From positions 62,001-126,000 of the forward strand of contig CDROCS010003966.1 of NCBI GenBank assembly GCA_977020255.1: a stretch of DNA of 64,000 nucleotides, given 5' to 3'. The notes beneath the pieces are model-generated. The model did no database searches. It saw only the letters and a program-made list of their open reading frames with translations, and had not been told where the DNA came from. Every line of letters starts with the position of its first letter. Positions within the stretch are counted from its first letter, which is position 1. This document shows, in pieces, positions 57,900 to 64,000 of the stretch. Both the position numbers and the translations under genes were made by a program. The stretch comes from Obrimoposthia wandeli. Taxonomy: Eukaryota.

Positions 57900-59620
57900 T
57901 AAAAAAAAATTTTCGACTAAAACCTTCGCGATGATTTCAGCCTTATGGCCAATTGTTGGTAAAGCCTCTGGCCATCTTGACAAATAATCAGTAAATACTA
58001 TTATATATCGATTTCTTCGGGATGTTTCAGGTAATGGTCCCATTACATCCATAGCAACAGTTTCTATGGGAGCTGATGGATAAAGTATCGGTTTTAAAGG
58101 TATTTTTGTGGTACGGAGAGTATTTTTCTGTTTAAGACAGATATCACATGTTGTACACCAATTTTTACATCTTCTTTCATGTCAGTCTAATAGTATTTTA
58201 AGTTTAATCTCGAATGTGTCTTTTTTGATGATAATTGTCCTCCTAGGGCTCCATTATAATATTGAAGAAGTAATTGACACTGAATTTCCTTGGGAATTAC
58301 TAATGAATATAAGTTTTGGTCATTTAAATAATATAATAATTCGTTACTATATTTGTATTGTGATTAAAATTTTTAAATGTTTTCTTAGTTTTATTTATGC
58401 TATTGTATTTAGTTATTTGTTAAATGTCATTGTCTTTGCTTTGAAGTTTAGTAATTACTTTTTCGTCATATTTAGATTGAATTATTGTGAAAAGATTTAA
58501 TTCTATGTCGTTTGTAGTTATTTCATTTATTTCTTCTTTTATTCGTGAGAGACAATCTGCATTAGCGTTAGATTTTCCTTTTCTATATTTTATTTCAATA
58601 TCGTACTAATAAGTAATGTTTAAAATGTTCCATTACAAAGCAAATAGCTAGGTATTCTCTTTCTAATGTTGAGTAGTTTATTTCAAAATTTTAAGACCTC
58701 TGCTTGCATATCCTATCACATGATCTTTTTCGTTATTTTCCTGTTGTCCTAAAACTGCTTCTAACGCATAACCACTGGCGTCAGTCATAACTAAAAATGA
58801 GTTATTAAAATTAGGATATCTAAGTATAGGTTTTTCGATTAATTTTTGTTTTAAATATTCATAAGATTCTTGTTGTTCTTTTTCCCATTCAAATTTATCA
58901 TCTTTTTTAATAAGTTTATTTAAAGGTATTGCTATTTGTGCAAAATTTCTAATAAATCTACGATAATATCCTGCAAGTCCTACAAATTCTTGTATATTTT
59001 AAACTGATTTTGGAATTAGATTTTTTTAATTGGAGTGGATAATTATCTTTGTGAGTGACTTCGTTTAGTTTTCTATAGTCCACGCAGAATCTTGAAAATT
59101 TATCTTTATTTTTTACTAAAACGGCAGGTGATGTCCATGCAGAAAAACATCTTCTTATAATTTCATTTTCTAACATTCCTTTTACTTGTCTTCGAGCCTC
59201 ATCTATGTAGGCATATGGAATTCGATAAGGCCGTTGTTTATTTGCCGTATTCATTGTTAACAGAAGATTATATTTTATCAAATTTGTTCGTCCTAAATCG
59301 TATTTATTTTCAACGAATATTACATAATATTTTTCTGTTAAGGCTTTAAGTTTTGATTTTTCGTAACCATTTAATTTGATATAATTAAAATAGATTGTAA
59401 ATTTATCTTCAATTTTTTCATTATTTATTAATTCAATATTTTCAATAACACTTATTTTTCCAAGGCGTTCTTCTTCTTTGAGATGAATTTCATTAATATC
59501 TGCATTTACTCCCATTACAACGTAAGTTCTTGTTGTACATTCACCATCAGATTTAATCGTACCTACCACTGTTATCATTTGTTGAATGATTTTAGAGTTC
59601 ACAATTTGTGCATTTTTGAA
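57900..59620 (-). mobile_element. Ty3/gypsy pol remnant (RT, RNase H, integrase start)
   Basis: QRPYRIPY..MLENEIIR..SAWTSPAVLVKNKD..RFCVDYRKLNEVTHKDNYPL; FLVMTDAS..LEAVL; PLKPI..PIETVAMDVMGPL. Confidence 0.85.
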
Positions 59621-59869
59621 AAGATCTTTGTGTAAATTGTGAGTTTGGGAAATTTCTATTGGACTGATTTCTATAAAAATTATTTATTGGTGGTTTAAAT
59701 TGTTGATGATTTTGAAAATTATGTAATCAGAAACCGAAATTATCTTACTTTCAATAATTTGTTTAAGAACTGATATTAAATAATCAGAATATAAATTGTG
59801 TTGTGAAATCTAAGTTTTGAATTATGTCTACGATAGAAAACATAACTGGCTGCCACGCTGAAATAAATG

Positions 59870-62050
59870 TAGTGACGAGAAGTCAATCAAATAAGAATAT
59901 CCTCGAGACTATGCCTAAAGAACAAAGAATGATGTTCTAGTAAAACATAAGAAGATACGACGGATTGAGTTCAAAGGAAGGTGAACAATAGTTAAAGGAT
60001 ATAAGAGAATGGGTTGATGCTAATCAGATTAATATTGGGGATGCATTTGAGTTTTGTTTGACCAAAGAAGCTGGATTATTATGGAAAGATGCCAGTGAAA
60101 GGTTAAATTCAGATATCTAAGTCAAAAAATGATTTGAAGAAAATTTCCTAGAAAGGAAATCCATAGTTGACAAAGTTTGCGAACTTGCAAAAGTGACGCA
60201 AGAAGAAGGCGAGCGTTTCTCAATGTTCAGCATTAGAGTGAAAAAGCTCGTTGAGGCTATGATGGGAAATAATATTAGTAAAGATGAGCTGACTGGCGCT
60301 TTCATTAAAGATAAAGTAAGAAGTGAAAAACTAAAGAAGCAGTTTTTATTAAAACCAAAGATGCCAAAAGAATAAATAGAGGCGTTGGCAAAGGTGTACA
60401 GTGAAATCGAGAAAAAGAATACCGTGATTGCACAAATTCATAATACGTATGCAAATACAGTAAAAAAGAGAATTCAACCGTCCTGACAACCGTCATTTCG
60501 CAAACAATACGAAGAAACCAGTATCAGTACCAGTATCAGTACATCGGAAACAAAGAAATTATGTTAATGAAGAAAAAATATACATAAATAGAGACGCCTA
60601 AAATCAAAGTAATATGAGACCAATGCCAAGGTTTTCCTTAAAACAAATAGCTAAAAGAAAATAAAACTTAGCTAAGGGACTACCTGTTACAAAAAATGAA
60701 GAACTTCAACCAGGAACATGTTTTTGTTGTGGGGAAAAAGGTCATTTCCGTATTCAATGTCCTATCAATCACAAATATTTGATTTGCGGAAAAGAAGGTC
60801 ACAATTTCAATATTTTAAAGAAACCACATCAAACTTCAAGAGTACTTTATATAACTGAAGAAGTGAAAGGAAATAATCAATATTTAGAAGATTGTAATAA
60901 AGACGAAATAATAATACATGATGTTAATCAGGGAAACGTGAGCGATCCCATTGCTCACATTTCGTCAGTGGGATCGAGCACATAGAACCAAATCGGAATG
61001 AAAAGATTTATATGAAAAATGATGGTCGTGAATGGAGTATAATGAAGATTAATGATGTAGATGTGGAAATACTGTGGGACTCCGGAACATCAGTTACTGT
61101 AATGAGTAAGGATTGTTGGAAGAAAGTAGGATGTCGCAAAATGAGACAGAGTAATTTATATCTGAGTAGAGTTTTTCGAATAATCATCAACAGCCCTTAG
61201 GTAGGAACTAAAGGTATGGACAGGAAAGGAAAGAAGAATGTTTTGGAAATAATCGTTGTAGAAAACTTTAACCCAGAATTTATTGGTGAAATCGATACAA
61301 TGAAAACATTTCGGATAAAGCTGCAGGAAGTATGTAATTTGGACTCGTCTTGCATGATGAAAACGTTTTTCTCGAAAGAAAGAACAGATAAAATATGTAA
61401 TTATTTATATGCGATAGACTTAATTCTAGAACATTATATTGAGGAATTTGGGAAAATATTTATGTGTTCTAAATTTGATCAAAGATATACCAAAATTGTC
61501 TCTCATAAGATTGAGACTATTGACGATCCTATTTACCAAAGTTCTAGACGACAACCGATGAATTTAGAAACCAAGTTGATGAAATGATTGAAAATTTACT
61601 CAAAGTAAACATAATTAGACGTTTTAAAAGTCATTGAACTCGCCATTGGTCATTGTAAGAAGCCAGACAATACAATTCGAATGTGTGTTGACTACAGACA
61701 ATTGAATGCTGTAACCATATGAAGTTTACATTTCATACTGGATGCACAACTCTTGTTCGATTGTCTAGGTGATGCTAAAATATTTACGAAATTAGATATT
61801 GGACAAGCTTATTATAAGGTAGATCTAGAGAATTAGTCTCAGGCAAAAACGGCTTTCAGTAGAAAATTAGGACAATTTTGTTTTAATCGCATGCCATTTG
61901 GGTTGGCTACAGCACCGGCAACATTCCAGAGTTAAATACATAAATTATTGGATGGTTTGTTGTTCAAAAGAGCAATTGTATATCTGGATGATATCCTTGT
62001 TCATAGTAACAACCAAGAAGAACATTATAAATTATTAAGATAAGTATTCA
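59870..62050 (+). mobile_element. Ty3/gypsy remnant (gag, protease, RT)
   Basis: CFCCGEKGHFRIQC knuckle, protease LWDSGTSVTV, RT RMCVDYRQLN..FTKLDI..AYY..FNRMPFGL..YLDDILV. Confidence 0.85.
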
Positions 62051-62059
62051 AAACATTGC

Positions 62060-63225
62060 AGCGGCAGGAATCAAGTGCTCAAGGCCACACTTGGAGCCAG
62101 CACTGGGCCAGACATAGCCTTCTTCAAGAAGTTTCAAAGGCAATGAATTCATCTGGACGTGAATTGCGTGAAAATGTACCCTAATTGCGAATACAAAGAT
62201 CACATAGTGGCCCTGATCCCATACTTACAGGAAGTCTTAGCAAATGAAGACCACCCACGAGAGGATTACAAAGAGCTTTTGCATTTATCTTTGCTGTTCA
62301 TCCGTGGTTCTGAAGGTGGTGGTGATGTTAGTTTCAGGGCACCAGGGTCAATGAGTAATTATCGATGGATGTCCAAGAAATTTACGCAATAAAGTTTTTT
62401 CTCTTTCGCAAGCAGTTTCAACTTACTGGTCAATAATTGGGTGGCATCACAAAACATTCCATCTTTGTCAACACTCTGTACGTTAAATTCTGAAATGAAG
62501 CAATGGTGGCTCCAAAGGCACCATCAAATGACTTATTAATGGTGAACATGCTGAAATGCACTTGCTATTTTTTTCAGGCATCTATGTCAGAGGACTTAAT
62601 TTGTCTAGCCCTCTTTGATGATGGTGTCCCTTTGGAACTGAAGAGATCAATGATTGGCAATCTACACCGTGCTCCAAACCCGGAAGGCAGACTACATCGC
62701 TTGGGTAAAATCAACAATTTGGATGTTATAAAATTAGAGAATTTCGTAACATCACAGTCATTATCACTGCTCCGGCTGCTATTAGAAGACCCAGAAGATG
62801 CACATGACCTCCTAGAAGAGGATCCATCAAATCCAATCTACCAAAGGTACCAAAGCTATCGCACGTCAACTAAATATTGTCAACGATTGTGCTGAACGGG
62901 GTGTGGCGCTGATCAGCCAGTACAATTCAGTGATTACACATGATGAAGAGCAGCGCCAGTATCTGCTCCAGGTTGTCGAAGACCATAGGAAAGTACACCC
63001 AAACCCTATAAAGAAGCTCCTGAAACACTGAAATATAGATTAAATATTTTTCTATTCTGCTTTTATGATTTTATGAAATATATTTTGATTACACATACAC
63101 TTTTCACAACTTTAGTAAAAAAATTATTATTTTTTTAATATCTTGCCAAAATTTCATTTTCTAGGACTTGAAATTTTGCACTCAATGCACAGATCGAGGG
63201 AGTTTTCTAAAGGACCACTCTAATG
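62060..63225 (+). mobile_element. DNA-transposon-like remnant (superfamily not assigned)
   Basis: GPDIAFFKKF..PREDYKELL..FRAPG...RWMSK..APSNDL..SEDLICLALFD..ND.AERGVALI..YN..EEQRQYLLQVVEDHRK. This resembles a widespread invertebrate transposase-like family. Confidence 0.55.
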
Positions 63226-63229
63226 CGCC

Positions 63230-63271
63230 GTTTTTAGGAGAGGGGTGATTAGACCGACATATCCACCTACT
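63230..63271. repeat. Isolated family-B right-terminus remnant
   Basis: GGGGTGATTAGACCGACATATCCACCTACT matches 39335-39366. Confidence 0.8.
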
Positions 63272-63905
63272 CATGAAAGTAACAACCGTTAAATTCATAA
63301 ACGTAATTTGTTTAAGATTTTTTAACATATCTGCTTAGTTTATTGTTTATATATCTTGGAACATTTTTATTTGTGTTAACTGTTAAAGATGTTTCGCCTC
63401 CTCTTCTACCATGTCTGATGTACGTATCTTCTGAACTTTGTGTATCTAAATGTTCTAACCATTTAATTGATGTATTTGAATACACATCTTCAAAGTTGTC
63501 TAAACTTGGAATATCTTTTTCTTTTCATGTAACATACTAAGATATATTTTAGGGCAGAATTTTGCACTTTCATATAATATAATGGATCCATTTTCAGGGG
63601 GTTTTCATTATTTTTATATAAATATTCATAAATAATTTCAATACTATAAACAATCAGTAGTTAATATCATTACATCAGTTAAACAATAATAAAACTTCTT
63701 TTTTTGAACATGGAAAACTTTATCAATTTTAGAATCATGCCCCACTTTTAAACTGTGCTTAGATTTACTGGAATCGAACAATTCATAAAATGGTTCAAGA
63801 TTTGGATATTTGCTGACAGATATTTTCATCGGCGTTAAAGAAGTGACGGAAGAACCCTTCATTACCTTTAAAACCAAAACTATCCGGGAATGAAACAAAT
63901 GAAAC
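63272..63905 (-). pseudogene. Fragment of a different-lineage Polinton pPolB (exonuclease III region to VYEFxGC(F/Y)H nuclease-like insert)
   Basis: FPDSFG..EGFFRHFFN, YYCLTDVMIL, MDPLYY, WLEHL..IRHGRRGGE, YVYEFNGCYFH. Frameshifted. Confidence 0.75.
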
Positions 63906-64000
63906 AGTAGGTAGATGTGGCACTCTGGCACAAAGGCCCCTAGCAAAAACTAAAAAAAATCTCGCACAAATTTTTAAAAAAATCTAAGGTTACATTCCTC
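63906..64000 (+). mobile_element. Left terminus of another AGTAGGT-type element running off the window
   Basis: AGTAGGTAGATGTG is identical over 14 nt to the terminus at 27608. Confidence 0.6.

Noticed and set aside
27978-63271. One giant TIR-bounded element that captured host exons
   Set aside because: The flanks belong to different target genes, and only CATG is shared (AACATG vs CATGAA), not a 5-6 bp TSD. Closer partner termini exist at 37084 and 39366.
1-64000. rRNA, tRNA or other structured ncRNA genes; species assignment from short introns
   Set aside because: No recognisable RNA gene sequence was seen. Intron size alone cannot identify the organism.

Overview
AT-rich eukaryotic (invertebrate-like, short-intron) genomic DNA. 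All family calls come from motifs recognised by eye; no searches were run. (1) Positions 1-11597 are the right ~11.6 kb of a Polinton/Maverick (adintovirus-like) endogenous virus, element A. It carries an adenain-type protease, major and minor capsid proteins, a core-like protein, an RVE integrase with chromodomain, a pX-like protein, a packaging ATPase and a disrupted protein-primed PolB, and it ends in an AGTA-type terminus. (2) Positions 27608-39366 hold two nested, oppositely oriented copies of a second Polinton family (B inside B'). Further remnants lie at ~55.2-55.7 kb, and a third-lineage PolB fragment at 63272-63905 is bounded by two more AGTAGGT termini. (3) A minus-strand host gene (exons at 14972-48928) is built from tandemly duplicated two-exon FN3 modules with a Cys-rich insert. 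(4) Decayed hAT, Tigger, Ty3/gypsy, L2/CR1 and R2-like elements and minisatellites fill much of the rest. Main candidate for an undescribed system: both Polinton families carry a linked accessory module that the ORF track hides. It comprises a two-repeat TATA-binding-protein-like gene (split by a stop in A; by a 35-nt intron plus a frameshift in B) and one or two OB-fold/SSB-like paralogs, next to the ATPase. Element A also has a spliced zinc-finger minigene and (TA)n tracts in both of its divergent promoter regions. Both families share a mini-intron at the same position in the protease gene.
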